A DNA stretch of 64,000 nucleotides from Phallusia mammillata (Eukaryota), in NCBI GenBank assembly GCA_965637545.1, contig OZ281498.1, forward strand, positions 27,838,001 through 27,902,000, in the 5' to 3' direction. Position numbers and translations under genes: made by a program. Shown piece by piece: positions 63,610 through 64,000 of the stretch. The first letter of the stretch is position 1, and the number at the start of each line of letters is the position of its first letter. Below the pieces are notes generated by a model. It had not been told where the DNA came from. It did no database searches and saw only the letters and a program-made list of their open reading frames with translations.

Positions 63610-64000
63610 CTGTGAAATCAGTTTGTTAATCTTACTTGTTGTGTTGCTACTTGTCAAAGACCTTTGTATAAACGAGTAGCAAAAAAAACTAAAGTAAACT
63701 TGAAATAACTCGGATGGTTGGTTGAAATTTCCAGGAGGCTGTGCCCAATGTTTCAGTTGAGCTTTTTGATAATGGATTTGTCATTTTAAAAGCAGAAACA
63801 GGTTTTGTTACAGCTTAGGATGTCCAAGTCTGTAAATCGTGTTCAGAAGTTAACGCTGAAATGATTGTCCATGCAAATTAAACTCGCAGGAAATAAATGA
63901 TAGATAAAACTTAAGTTATCGGGATCAGCCCTGAAGCGTGTATGCAGACCAGCGGTCACGGCACACTCATATAGAAATAATGTTTTTCTAGCCTACGCCT

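Overview
AT-rich eukaryotic genomic DNA with many short GT-AG introns (an invertebrate animal; a tunicate-like genome is plausible but cannot be shown from sequence alone). The left 36 kb is a cluster of four RIG-I-like receptor (RLR) genes in two head-to-head pairs: A (-, only the 5' part in window) / B (+), then C (-) / D (+). Manual splicing gives uninterrupted frames for B, C and D (DExH helicase motifs plus a Zn-binding C-terminal domain), and all four genes start with THREE CARD-like modules rather than the two of vertebrate RIG-I/MDA5. Bases 1-7243 duplicate 21880-29637 (near-identical to ~4230/26110, more diverged after). The duplication breaks inside the DECH exon, so gene B is a chimera: D-type CARDs and N-terminal helicase joined in frame to a C-like helicase/CTD, with a truncated D-type exon left at the junction. 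The right 28 kb is repeat-rich. It holds a multi-exon minus-strand orphan gene ending in a ~680-aa P/E/D/K repeat, a weakly supported plus-strand gene, many hAT and Tc1-type MITEs, and a dispersed family of short inverted-repeat elements carrying minimal type I hammerhead ribozymes of the Penelope-like/retrozyme kind. All alignments and translations were done by eye.
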